Origin: Takakia lepidozioides
Lineage: Eukaryota; Plantae; Bryophyta
Assembly (NCBI GenBank): GCA_030704615.1
Contig: CM060733.1
Span: forward strand, 61,380,001 to 61,444,000
Direction of reading: 5' to 3'
DNA length: 64,000 bases
Part shown: positions 26,620 to 38,644 of the stretch, piece by piece
Numbering within the stretch: the first letter of the stretch is position 1
Layout of the letters: each line of letters starts with the position of its first letter
Position numbers and translations under genes: made by a program
The notes under the pieces: model-generated
Told to the model about the DNA's origin: nothing
Database searches by the model: none
Seen by the model: only the letters and a program-made list of their open reading frames with translations

Positions 26620-29010
26620 TCACACATCCCCGCAACGTAGAGCAGACTTGATGCGCTGTACCGTACAGGATATGAGATTGTTTACCGTTGAAACCGATTC
26701 CAGAGAGAGCCTGGCTGATGGTATACTGCTCACCAGTATCTGAAAAGCTACCGTCAACAGAGACCCACCTGTGCGAGAGCTACCCGCAAGTTGCCCACTA
26801 TCGTGTTGAACTCCCATGTACCGCCGGTTCTCTGGACCATCTGGGAGAATTGCAAACCCTGAAGGGAGGAGAGCTACATAGTCAGGATCCCCACCCTGCA
26901 ACACAAGGTTCATGGCTGGAATGTCAACAGGCGCATAGATAACCAGTGAACCAGCCACGTCGGTGCAGCTTTCTTGAAGAATGAGCATGTTGCTTTGGCT
27001 TGCGTTCATAGCATTCACCCGCAAAAGTGATACACTATTCCCAGGATCTTGTCCTTTGGCAATGTGTGCCATTTCAGCCACTAGCCCTCCATTCGACAGG
27101 ATGTCCCACTCACTCCGCAATCGCTCGTCCCTAAGAAACTCAAAGACACGTTGAGGAGGTACTGGGAGCCACATAGAGGTGGCAGCACTCAGAACGATGC
27201 CAGGAGGCTCACCCGGATTGTCCACACTCTTGCGAGTCATCACCCGCACGTCATCTTCACCGCTTCCAGAGAGCGTTGTCCAGGTATGGACAGTCGAAGC
27301 ACTCACACCCGCACAGAAATTATTAGTCATGCGCTGAGCCAGTTTCAGCATGCTGCGCCGCCCATTGGCACTTGGCACCCCACCCAGATCTCTTGTGGCA
27401 ATATTGCTTGCGAGCAAACTGGCCAAGCGCTCACACTGTCGCTGAACAGTGGCCACCCACCGTTGCGCACCAAATGCCATGCCTGTGTTGACCAGAGCTC
27501 GATACATGCTGTGGACAGCCCGATCATCATACTCCATGTGTTCCACTGCTGTTATTTTAGAGTATCCGTTTGGGGTCTCCTGGATCAGCATACCTGAAGG
27601 ACGCCTTCTGCAGCGCATCAAAGATGGTGGAGGATTGTCTCGAAGGCTATCCACCGACACATCCACCACAGCCCACACGCCCTCGGCATGCTGCTTGCAG
27701 TAGCGAAGGAAGTAAATCTCGCGCGTGGGTACCAACGGAGACAACACTTGGAGCTCTGCATACATCAGCTGCAAAGCTCCGTTGCGATTCCCAGTCACTC
27801 CCGGGGAGAGGACATCAACAGTCAGAGCTCGAGATACGATGCAAGGAAACATTTCCATCCAGCGCCCGGCGTCCATTAGTGTCTCCACCAAATTCACTCC
27901 ATTCATCATCACCAACCCCGTCTCCCGCGTGGCCTCCGTCTTCAGTCCATGAGGTAGGCTGCCAATCCCTCGTGGAAACTGGCGCACGTACTCTTCATAG
28001 TTTAGCTGTTCTTTGGGAGCATCAGGGCTGGCTATCCACAGAGGATCTTCAGCTTGAGCCATGCGTACCAACTCTTCCATAGCTGTGACAGCGAGCTCCT
28101 CAACCATTGGCTTCTCCGCATCCGTGAGCCCACCTGGCCGAGTCGCTACATCAGCAACTGACGGGCCCTGCACAATGTCCATCCCAGCAGGTACTGCTGC
28201 AGGCATGCCGAAGCTCCCCCCTCCCACTTGCAGATCCAGAGAAGAGCTTGGGACCTGTGCCATTGGCGCGATAGGCCTACCAAGGTACTTCGCAGCCAAA
28301 GCAGAAACACGATCCAGCTCCCCCTTCAAACGTACATTCTCGATGCGCAGCTGCTGCTCGTCAAATGACATATCACCTATAGTTGCGGGACCACCACAGT
28401 GCTGACAAGATGCATTCTTGATTGCTTCCCGCATTGTAATATTTTCGGCCCGCAGTTGATCTCTCTCAGCTCGAAGACTTGAATTGTCAGTTCGCTCTTG
28501 CTGGGCCTTCATTTGTGTTCTCCGGTTTTGAAACCAAAACTTGACCTGGCGAGGTTCTAGGCCGAGGTCTTTGCTCAGCTTCTGTCGCTGTTTGTCATCA
28601 GGGTGGGGGCACTCTTTGAATTGCATTTCCATCTCTTGAATCTGCCGCGGCGTGTGCCTGTGATACCTCTTCTTGCGAGGGGGCAGATCAGGATCCTGAT
28701 CGTCGCCGGAGCCTCCCTCCATGTTGTCACTGCCTGACCTACTTTCGTACTCTTCTTCTTTGTTTTTCTGTTGTTGCTCATTCTCAGCCGTTTGACTCCC
28801 TTCGCGCAGGTTCTCAATCCCACTTGGAGGGGCAAGAGAGAGGCCAGAAGAGGACCCGTAGGCAGTCTTCGGGGGTGGGCGGGACATTGCCAACGGTGGC
28901 ACCGGTCGCGGAGGGGCCATCAACCCAGCGGGCATACCCCCAAAGTCCACAAAGCCCCCCCCCAGCGCACCGTTACAAGTTGATGAGACAACCACACCAC
29001 CCAGCCTCAT
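26620..29010 (-). CDS. Class IV homeodomain-leucine zipper transcription factor (ATML1/PDF2/ANL2/HDG family; HD, ZLZ, START, SAD), intronless CDS, 796 aa from the first ATG
   Basis: Homeodomain RKKRYHRHT...[14 protein letters not shown]; zipper-loop-zipper with CQHCGG; START (AMEELVRMA...[13 protein letters not shown]...CRRRPSG...AFGAQRW); SAD ([10 protein letters not shown]...EWDILSNG...LLPSGF...GSLLTVAFQ). First ATG at 29010, with an in-frame stop upstream. Confidence 0.97.
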   Translation of the reverse strand: MRLGGVVVSSTCNGALGGGFVDFGGMPAGLMAPPRPVPPLAMSRPPPKTAYGSSSGLSLAPPSGIENLREGSQTAENEQQQKNKEEEYESRSGSDNMEGGSGDDQDPDLPPRKKRYHRHTPRQIQEMEMQFKECPHPDDKQRQKLSKDLGLEPRQVKFWFQNRRTQMKAQQERTDNSSLRAERDQLRAENITMREAIKNASCQHCGGPATIGDMSFDEQQLRIENVRLKGELDRVSALAAKYLGRPIAPMAQVPSSSLDLQVGGGSFGMPAAVPAGMDIVQGPSVADVATRPGGLTDAEKPMVEELAVTAMEELVRMAQAEDPLWIASPDAPKEQLNYEEYVRQFPRGIGSLPHGLKTEATRETGLVMMNGVNLVETLMDAGRWMEMFPCIVSRALTVDVLSPGVTGNRNGALQLMYAELQVLSPLVPTREIYFLRYCKQHAEGVWAVVDVSVDSLRDNPPPSLMRCRRRPSGMLIQETPNGYSKITAVEHMEYDDRAVHSMYRALVNTGMAFGAQRWVATVQRQCERLASLLASNIATRDLGGVPSANGRRSMLKLAQRMTNNFCAGVSASTVHTWTTLSGSGEDDVRVMTRKSVDNPGEPPGIVLSAATSMWLPVPPQRVFEFLRDERLRSEWDILSNGGLVAEMAHIAKGQDPGNSVSLLRVNAMNASQSNMLILQESCTDVAGSLVIYAPVDIPAMNLVLQGGDPDYVALLPSGFAILPDGPENRRYMGVQHDSGQLAGSSRTGGSLLTVAFQILVSSIPSARLSLESVSTVNNLISCTVQRIKSALRCGDV

Positions 29011-32000
29011 TCGTCCGCAGCTCTCCCAGGACTGATCAGAAGCCTTTACCAAGCCCCACTAGGAGCACAGATAACTTGTACTCTCATTTTGCCATTTGCA
29101 AACACAGAGAACCAGCCAGTTGTCTTCCACCAGAGAGGATTACTGATATTTCTGGGACCCTGTTGTAGGTATATAAACTTCACCTGTCTTTATTACGACA
29201 TGAGCATAGCGGGTAGGCTTCCGGGCCACGGGAAGATGTGACTTGGTTATCGTGTCAGTCCGTTTGAAGCACGTTGCTGTAGCTTCCAAGGAGGACTTGT
29301 AATCTGAACAGTCGTTCCCAAATCTAGATGTTGAGATAAGGCCTTCAACTCGAGTATATACACTCGAAACCACCCCACAAGATGGGGTGAGAGAAAAGAA
29401 CAAGTAAGGGTTCCACTGCAGTTCTGTGAAAATTGTATCAAACCAGAAATATTGCAGTGCCAGTCCCGGAGGAAGAGGAGGTGGAGAATGTAGATAAAGC
29501 GGAAAAAACGAGAGCAAGGGACTGGAGAGAAGAGGGAGGCAACGCAAAGTGCACGGCACTGTTGAACTTTGCCTCCCGCCCTCTCTCCAACCGTCCAGAG
29601 AAAAGGAGGGAGAGAGAAGCAGCACCGTTGGTGCTGAAACTCCTGTCTCTCTCTTTTTCTCCCTCTCGGAGAACAAGTCAAGTGCTCAACACTGCAACAT
29701 TCCTAGTTACACCCGATTCAACAAAAGTATCTCGAACCTCCACACAAGTTACCTTCTGGTCACCACCGCCAACAGGATTTTCCTTCGCAGCTCTGCCACA
29801 AGTAAAGAGCTCTCCCTTCCTTCAACCCAATTCTTCCAGAGACACGGCTACAACAATCAGCTAGCTACAAAGACTTCAAGGCTAGTTTTCGTACATGATA
29901 TACTGGAGAAAAGAGATTCAACAGGTGTGGCCAAAAGGAGTGATGGAGCACCAGAAGCTGAAGAGAGGACAAGGCAAAGGAGAGAGCCGCGTGTGGGTGG
30001 GGAGCAATGAAGGCACGTACGAACAAAGCGGGCGCTAGTAATGGCGGCCTTCAATGCGTCCACGGCCTTCACGCTTCCTTTACTGCAGCATTAACTGCGC
30101 CTGCGATTTGCGGGCCCTGCCAGAGCTACCTTACGCCTCCCCAAGAGAAGCTGCTGCTGCGCTTGTCTATATAGACTTGTTTTTTTTGGGGCTGTTTCAC
30201 AGCTGATCCTGCGCTTGCCTATATACTATCTACACTTGTGCGCGCAGACTTGGCCCCCCTTCATCAGCGCTGTTGACCTTTGCGCTCCACCCAACTCTTG
30301 TTTTTTTTCCCTTTTCTTCCTCCTCGCTGATCTTGCAGGCTGCCAAGTCATAGACAAGCCGCAGCGCCATCCCGATTAGCATGCCACCTTCACATGCATA
30401 GAAGGCTGCAAGGGGATTTTTAGTGAAGTTCAAATTAGTTGGCAATTTGTCGACCGTGGATCTTTTTTATTCTCTTCATGTGCCTCTAGTGGAGGTTGGG
30501 TAATGTGTGAGCATGTTCACTTGAGCAAAATAAAATATTTTGGATGTTAAGAATATGCTATGAATGATAAAGTGAAACTGTGCCCATGTGAAAGAATTTG
30601 GAAAAGATATTGTAATCTTGGATCACATGAACAGAAACAACCCAACCATGAAGGTAAGAAAGACCGTCAAATATTTCTCAAGTCCGCACATATATATCGA
30701 CAAGATTAAGGAGCTTAAGTTGTTTGCTAATAAGAAAAAAATGAAAAGGTTCATCAGCAAACTACTTTTATAAACTTGTGGTAATAGACATATAGCAAGA
30801 AAGCATGAAGGGAGATGCTGGATGTAGTTTGCAGATGTGCTAAGCTGTCCCTAGGACCCCGGCCGCACCTAGCTATTAGGTTGCCATAAGCCCATGCTAA
30901 GATGGGGGGTTGATATCGCCCGAGCATGCTCACGTGAACACAACCCACGGTCATTGGAGTTTTATGTTTTTAAACCTTGGTTATAGGAGTTATTATGTTT
31001 TCAAAATGAAATAAAACCATAAGCGGGTATAGAGGTTTGGTACATTTATACGGTACATCTGCGCCAATTCAGCGAGGCGAAACCTTCCGTAGTGTAGCCA
31101 GAAACCCTAAACCTATAGCAGCGACAGCGGCAAGTTTCGCATTGAGAAATATTTGATGATATGGGCACCAACCTAAGCAGCGGTGGGTTTTGCATTGAGA
31201 AACCCTTCGTGTATAGCTTGAGTCGAAACTTTCTATACGAAATCCAATCACCGAACAATCCCACATCCCAAATTTCTTGTAGTGGGTTTAGATTTAGGCA
31301 CAAGTTAGTAAGCTTTCCCTACTTGATCCACGTTAGCAAACACATGCAAGACTAAATCAATTGTTTTAGACATTCGCCCCCTTTGGCATAAGCCTGACTC
31401 TAAAAACTAATTTCAAAGTGTTCTAATCTAGATTTCTAATCTAGTGTTTTAATCTAGTATGCTTTCTTCCTTGGCTGGTTGGTACAGAGTTCCATGGGCG
31501 AGGACCTTAAATTTGCGGTGAAGCCTCACCGCCCACTCTCGCGCTTATTATGAACAGGGGTTGGTGTTGTGTGAGCACAACGCGAGAAAAAGCCACGCCT
31601 CTTACGTAACATGATCATAAGGTATAGGTTCTTTCATAGGGGGCCCTGCCTTGCGGTACGATGTAAAGACTTCTCGTAAGAGCTTCGATTTGTCATCCGA
31701 GTGTTTGAAGAAAGTAGGTAGGGTAGCATGCACATTTCCCTTATGAACAATGGTGTAAAGAGGGGACCAACCCCACTGATGCGCTTCATTTTCACAATGC
31801 CAATTGGCATAATGAAAATTTGGTGCAGAAAAGTCGTAGAGCTTAAAGGGAAAATGGAGAAAAACCTCAGAGAAAAAACTTCAGGACTGGCAAATTGAAA
31901 AGTATGTCAACAACGATTGAGTAAGGCTCCTCCTAGTGGGAGACTTCAGTAGGAAAATTGGTTATGCGAAAAGCAAGTCCAATGTTTCAGAGAAGGACTG

Positions 32001-32366
32001 GAAATGGGCTATTTTCTTTCGTTGTTAAAAACCTCTTTGACCGAATTTGAAGACTCAAGTGGTCGTGCCCGCCATTTTTGTTCTTGTGATCTATATGTTA
32101 TGTAGGCGAAACTCCCCCACAGGGTTTTCTTTGTTGACCAGAACGTACAGCAGGCCAGAATCCAGCACACCAGAAACAAAGGACGAGAACGTCCACTGGA
32201 CATTCGAGGTTCAGTGCGACATAAGAAGATAATAAAAAAGATCCCCCAACGCAAACAAGAAGGGCCATATAGAGAAGAAAAAAAATATTTCTTAAATCGA
32301 AGTACTGGAGTTGACCTCAACAATATGTCCGTGGTCTGGAACTCGCTTGCACGACTCGCTTTCTGA

Positions 32367-35300
32367 CTAACGATTAGTCTCCTCCAAATTAGCGCGCGCC
32401 TTCACTGCTTCGGCGGCAGTAATTCTCTTAGTGCTATTCCTTGTCGTATTTTTTTGTGGAGGCATTGTCCACACAACATTGTTCACGTGGATCCATTGAG
32501 GAGGATCTGACGAGTTATACTCCCAAAGTTTTGACCAACAGTCCTTGTACATTTCCAAGTCTGTTGGGTTACCACCTTTTCTCGGTCTCCACCACTCCAC
32601 CTTCACCTTCTTAAAATTAGGGTCCTCCCTTTCGCGGATCACGTCAGATATTGCCAGCCCCATCCAGAGCGGGCACGTACTTGGGGCATGAGGGCGAACG
32701 AGCACAAAAAACCCATTCTCAATATTTTTGACAGATTCAAGGATATTCTTGGTCGCCTACACCTCGGGCCACAGTAAGGTTCTAGGATTTCATCATCTTC
32801 TTCCACATCTAGCACTATATGTGGATGGATTCCATCTCTGAGATGATTCTTGGACCAATTTGTTTTCGGTCAGAATCCCTCAAGAAGATGAATACGCTCG
32901 GGAACTTCTAGAATTAGCTTATCTAGCTCGGCGAGAATGTTTCCCCAGTACTGGTCGTATTGTTCCATTCGACCTTTATAATGATCGTCAAGCATCATTC
33001 ATTTCGTCCAAAAATCCCTGTATTTTTTTATTCCATTCTTTAATGAATGACTGTTTTTCGGAGGAGTTGTCCCCGACTCCCCAGATAGGTCTCCTTGGAA
33101 CGGCGTCTGGGTCTCCTTCAGGGAGCTTGGGAGTCCCCTCAGGATTGGACTTCCACATCTTCACGCTATTGTTTGTTGGAAGCCAATCCGAATCAGTAGC
33201 GGACTTCCAGCCCTCCGCATCCTTAAAAAAAACGGAAGACGTGCATCTCCGAAATCCCGACCAACGCCTCCTTTCCATCCAAAATATAACCCTTTACAAA
33301 ATTCTTGAAGTCGAGAACCTCCTGAATAATCTATGGAATGAACTGCAGATCTTGCGAGGTCATAAATGACCTCATCAAATCTGAAAGAATGTAGGTGCTT
33401 CGTTCCTTCAGCTTCTTCGAAAGGTAGCTGAAGAACCCGTCGATGTCCTCATGGGTGTGTCCGACCATTAGGAACCCTAGCTGGATCTCTTCAAAAACAT
33501 CTTTGGCAGTCAGGAGGAATAGAAAAGCAAGCATCCATCTGTTCTTATTGTCCTTCGCGGAGTTGTCCATTTGCAAGTACAGTCTTCTCGGAAGTGGACG
33601 AGCACCACGTTTGTCTTCCGGCCTGTAGGGTTTAAGAGCATCCAAACATCTCGATTTACCTCTTAAAAGTGATTCGAAAAACTCGTTTTGAAGTTGGTAA
33701 TCAAAAATGTTCCTAGACTCGCGACAGGTTGGCTTCTCCAGCTGGCGCAGGCAACGTGCCTAAGAACCAATTGTAAAGTTTGAATTTTCCTTCCAGAACT
33801 CAAGAGAATACTGACCGTAAGCTCCATCACCGTGTCCGTGCGTGACCATTCCCGTTAGTGAAACTGGAAGCTGACCCAATCCAGAAATCATCTTGTTTGG
33901 AGTCTGAAGCCTTGGAACACCTGTTTTCCTATGATCCATTTTGTCGTGAATAATACAGAGAAACTCCTCCGGAATCATAACAGACTCATTCCTCCAGCTA
34001 TGGTACAGTCTTCTGTACGACTCTTGGTGCCTCAAATGTTTATCAAGCGCTCGTTTGTGTGTCACCTGTTCCGTACTTCTCTTGACAGACTTTCTGATCA
34101 GGTCCTTTAACATCTCACACTCTATGCACTTCGCAAATGTGCTCCCAGTTTTACGAACCTCCACGTTAGAAAATATCCGACTCCGGATGCGGCTAACAGC
34201 CGACTGCGAGACTCCTTCCAATCCGAAAAGTTTGTTCGTCTGTTACAATAAGGCAGGGTCAGGAAAGGAACGTCCACTGGACAGTGGAGGTTCATGAAAC
34301 TAGAACCACAGTCGAAAGAGACAAAATCGAAGGAATGATCATCCACATTTGAATCAGAAAAAACTTCCAGGAAAGAAATTGAAGAATGGAGATTTCATAC
34401 CTCGTTGGACTCGTCTCGTATTTGCTTCCAGTTCATTTCAGGTGGTAAGACTCTCAAAGTATCCCTCCTTCCCTCCCCAATGCATCTTGTCTTATGGGGC
34501 ATGAGGTCAATATTTCCGTTGATAATGAACATAATGTTACCCTCTGCCTGAAGCGTCCGTGGGCGTGGCCTCTTCACTCCACGGTTCCCATGGAGACTTG
34601 ACAACCAACCCTGTTTACTCAACTTTTTGTACTTCATGTATGTGGACCTGCCAATTCCATGAATTGTCCACCAAGCAGTCTCACAAACATCTAGATCCTC
34701 AATCGTAACGTATGCCCTATGAGAGGTCCATTCCAGCATGTGAAGCCGTTTTGAAACATTTAGTCCATGTTCTCTCCTCTCATCGAAAGTGGATGCCTAA
34801 AACGAAGTACGGATAGCCAAGGTTTTTCGCCAATCGAAATATTGACAGCAATGAAGTCTGCAGCAAGGTGCTGTTCACGGACCGGACTTCCTCCAAAGTA
34901 AGATTCTTCATTCTTTTTTTGGAATGTTCCAAATCTCGATCCCTCTTCTTCCTCGTAAAATGCCGATACGCCACTTTCTTCACACCTGCCTTGTGATCTT
35001 TGTACAAGATACTGTCAGAAGATCTAATAAAAATCTCCAGATCATTTGAGAGTAGTCTCCCACTTTTCAAAAGTTGTGTTTTTATTAAAGGTCATTTTAC
35101 AAGAGACATCAAAGATCCAGATCCTCCATAAATTATTCTGGTGACAAGAACTCCAACATCATCCTCTCCCAATTTGTCATTGAGGATCACCTCATCCGGA
35201 ATGCAGGCTTGAATCCTCCCCTCGAACCGTGCACCCCCATCATCACCCAATAGTTTGCATTGCAAGTTTCTCCATTGTTTCTTCCGAGTCCTACGCTCGG

Positions 35301-35726
35301 ATTCCCGGAACTCTTCGATGGTCTGTGGTTTGATTCATCCTCGTCGACATCAGAGTTTTCGGCGGTATACCTTGTTTCCGGCTTAAAATCAGGATTCATG
35401 TCAAGCCCTCCTTGATACTCGTTATTCTCCGCATGAACTTCGCCAACATTCCACACCACCGGGGTCCCAATGGCCTCCTTCAAGGTGTCAGCATCCATAT
35501 GTCCATAAGGAAGATGACATAATGAGTGTGCTTCATCACAGGAGATGAGAACCACTGAAATGGTTGAGGAAGATAATTGGTGTCCATGACAGGTCCCAAC
35601 CCCGGAGACATTAAGGCAGTCCCCAGTTGCTACTGCAGATGAAGACCCGGGAAGAGTAAGAAACACTCTTTGACCCGTCTCTAAGCTCATGATCACCGGA
35701 ACCTCCACTGCACAGGCGAGGTTCAA
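32367..35726 (-). mobile_element. Disrupted DDE transposase, Sola1-like (DUF7869-type), with an N-terminal Tnp1/EnSpm-like accessory domain
   Basis: Collinear minus-strand ORF pieces: VATG...CHGH...LPY...TLKEAIG..VVW; FAKCIEC; IIHDKMDH; LYLQMDNSAKDNKN...FLMVGHTHEDIDGFFS (catalytic-type acidic motifs). Stops and frameshifts between pieces. Superfamily assignment is from motif recall. Confidence 0.75.
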
Positions 35727-37453
35727 GAAACTGAAAACCCCTCCGTGACGACCTTACTCACAGTTATAAGCAGTATGAGTTAAGACTATATTCAGAGATG
35801 AATCAATAAAATAAAAGGAAATACACTCGCGTATGAACGTTTCAGAGAAGTAGAATAGAAATGGAATTATTGTTTGTTCTGGAACATGTCATGTGAAGAT
35901 TGAGTCTAATTATATAACCTCCACTGTACAATGGAGGTTGGATGAGATACAGATGAAAAAAGTAGGACAGATGAATACTAGTGGATGAATATGGTTACAT
36001 GGATGAATATTGTAATGACGGATGAATGTGAGCATTGACGCGACTGTCCAGTGGAGGTCCACGACTTGAGGGATGACGAAACACAGAAATTGGAGAGATG
36101 GACAAATATAGCGAAAGGTGAGTATAGGACTGTAATTTCTAAACATGCAGATGAGAAATAAGTAGATTTTCCTGTAGACTATCGAAAACACACAGATGTC
36201 ATAACATTTTCTGCGGGAGAAAATGCAGTTCACACGAGAGATTATGGAAATTCAGAGATGTACACCTGCGATGGCCATAGAGGTACATGATGCTTAGAGA
36301 GGTGCACTATGGGCAGTGAGGTTGGAGATGACCAGAGAGGTGCGGGAAACACAATCTGCAAGTGAGAGGTATGGAGATAGAAGTTTGAACAGTTTGCACT
36401 CAGACCTTATATAGAGGTGGAAACCAGGTTGCCCGCTGGAACTCCTCCAATGGGATAATGCGATACATTGTCTCGCAGATTGATTTCCGGCGCCGTTGAT
36501 ATCCGATATGGCCACAATCGAACGGTTCTGGATGGTGTAGGAGTGCACTCTTTGACCGATTTCGGAAAAGAATGTCCTTTACTGGTAGAACCCTATGTAA
36601 CAATTATGATGCCAGAACGATAATGGTGGTTCAATGGTTTTGTACTCGTGCTTATTTTGCATTCAATGTTGTCCAAGTGGATCAAGGCCTGACGCAGTTG
36701 ATAAACGTTTCATGAAATCGTGCATCTATGACACTTGGCCGAGAATGCGGTGGGCGTAAATGAGTGACAGAGGAAATATTCCAAGCCTTAATCCGCCGAA
36801 TGTAGACATGGTCAGGAGCAATAATTCCAAGCGGCAAAACGCCGCAGGAGGATCTGACTTGTACATTTCATTTATCGTCATGTGTGGGGTGTGGGAAATA
36901 TCCCGCGAGGTTATAATTGATGATCATGTGCAAGGGATCAATAACGTCATATTTTCTTGTTCATTCATCTATTTTTCATTTCATCTAATCATTCGTAAAA
37001 TGGATGGACAGAATGGAAATGATGAATTGGATGATATTTGCATGGATGTTGGATGGAACACTCGCGACCGTTCGATTTCGAAAGGACGCAATGGTTCAGA
37101 TCCTTTGCGACGGCACCATATAAGGGGTGTGGAGTTCAGCCCACCCTTTCGACACTCCATTGTGTACGCGGAAGCGCTGCGGAAATGCTAAGACAGACTA
37201 GCGCTAGAAAAGAGAGAGTTTTGAAGAGGGGAGAGCGTGAAGAGTAGAGAGTGTGTTGTGCAGGGTGCCGTGAGAGCAAAGAGAAGAGAGTGTGCAGTTC
37301 AGTGCAACGTGAGAGTGCAGTGAAGGAAAGCAAGCAGACAGCGGATTCAAGTGCAGACAGGAGACGGGAGGGAAGCAGAGCGTAAGGGAGAGCGGAGCGG
37401 AGTGGTGGAAGCTTAAGGGTCAGGCGTTTCAGGTCAGCAACAGGGGCACCGAA

Positions 37454-38422
37454 ATGGCTCAGGCATCCATCAGGTAATGTTCTCGTTTACAGTTTCTATC
37501 TAGTTTGATGTCATTCTCTTTTGCTCGCTCTGGATTGTTTTGATATGTTGGTTTGTTGTTGTTATGTTGTTTCAGTTTGTTCTGTTTGTTGATTTGCTTT
37601 TCTTTTTGTTTTGCTGTTGCTTTTGTTGGTCAGCATCGCCCACGTCGCTGTTGGTTTGTTTTTGTTTCCTCACTTGCTTTCGTTCCAGAGGTTATAGAGC
37701 ACCATTTGTTTCTTGCATATTACGTTTCGTGAGTGTGCTGCCTTGTCTGATGCGGAGCATCTCATTTCAATTCATTGCTTCAAAAGCTGTTTCAATTAGT
37801 TTGAATTGATTAAAGCTATTTCCTGCGTTGATTTTTTGTTTTGTCAGTATAAAAAGGTGCGTAGGAGTGCACACGGTGGCCAAAGATGGTTCTGAGACCG
37901 TCGTCGACATCTGTAAGAGGCCAAGGAGACAGAATCCAGTAAACATCAACGAAGCAGAAAACCAAGACGCATCACTGGTTTTATCAAAAAACAAAAACCT
38001 TCAAGAAGAGATTTGAGAATCAAATATCAGATGTGGGCTCTGACGTGCGAACCTTCATAAATCCGGGCACTGACGAATCAATGTTTGAGGGAGTTATTCG
38101 ACAGGAGACAATGGAGGAAACAGAGGAAGAGAAAGATGAAAGTGATGAGTGCAATCTTCAATCTGATTCAGATAATGACATTTCTGTAGGAGATAGTGAA
38201 CAGTCCTCGGGATCCGTCCTTCCGTCCTCTCCCAGATACAGTCCTGACTCTCCTCAGTATCTAGTATCTGTCCTTGTCATTTCTCCAGAATATGTCTCTG
38301 CAGATTCTCCTCAGTACGTCCCTGGAGATTCTCCAGAATACATCTCTAGAGATTCTCCGACATATACCCCTAGAGAGTACTCCCCTGAAACCCTCAGGAT
38401 GATTCGAGAGAGGCTCATGTAG
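37454..38422 (+). pseudogene. Spliced, decayed ORF for an acidic protein ending in SPxY (Pol II CTD-like) repeats, divergent from the transposase
   Basis: ATG at 37454; a GT-AG intron at 37474-37847 restores frame (MAQASISIKRCV...); stop at 38014 plus a frameshift; repeats at 38228-38389; AATAAA near 38562. Confidence 0.5.
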
Positions 38423-38644
38423 TTATTGTAGATATAAGAAAATGAAAAGATGAACCTCATCTTACAAAAGAATATCGAGTTCTTGTAGATATTAGGTATT
38501 CGTTATTGGAACAATTTTGAGACCGCATGATGTATGGAATGGCGAGACAAGCCTTCTCTGAATAAATGTTTTTCCTCTTATGAGTGAAATTTTTTTTTTC
38601 CTCCTGAATTGAATTCTTTTATCTGTTAGCTATGAGCGTGTGAA

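Noticed and set aside
29011-29052. N-terminal extension of HD-ZIP from the TTG start in the ORF track
   Set aside because: Non-ATG start in a eukaryotic gene; the first ATG is at 29010.
26688-29168. Plus-strand ORFs overlapping HD-ZIP
   Set aside because: Antisense shadows with no recognisable domains.
30896-30919. Short similarity to the Gypsy leader (RYQPPILA at ~51434)
   Set aside because: About 24 bp with several mismatches and no flanking homology; probably chance.
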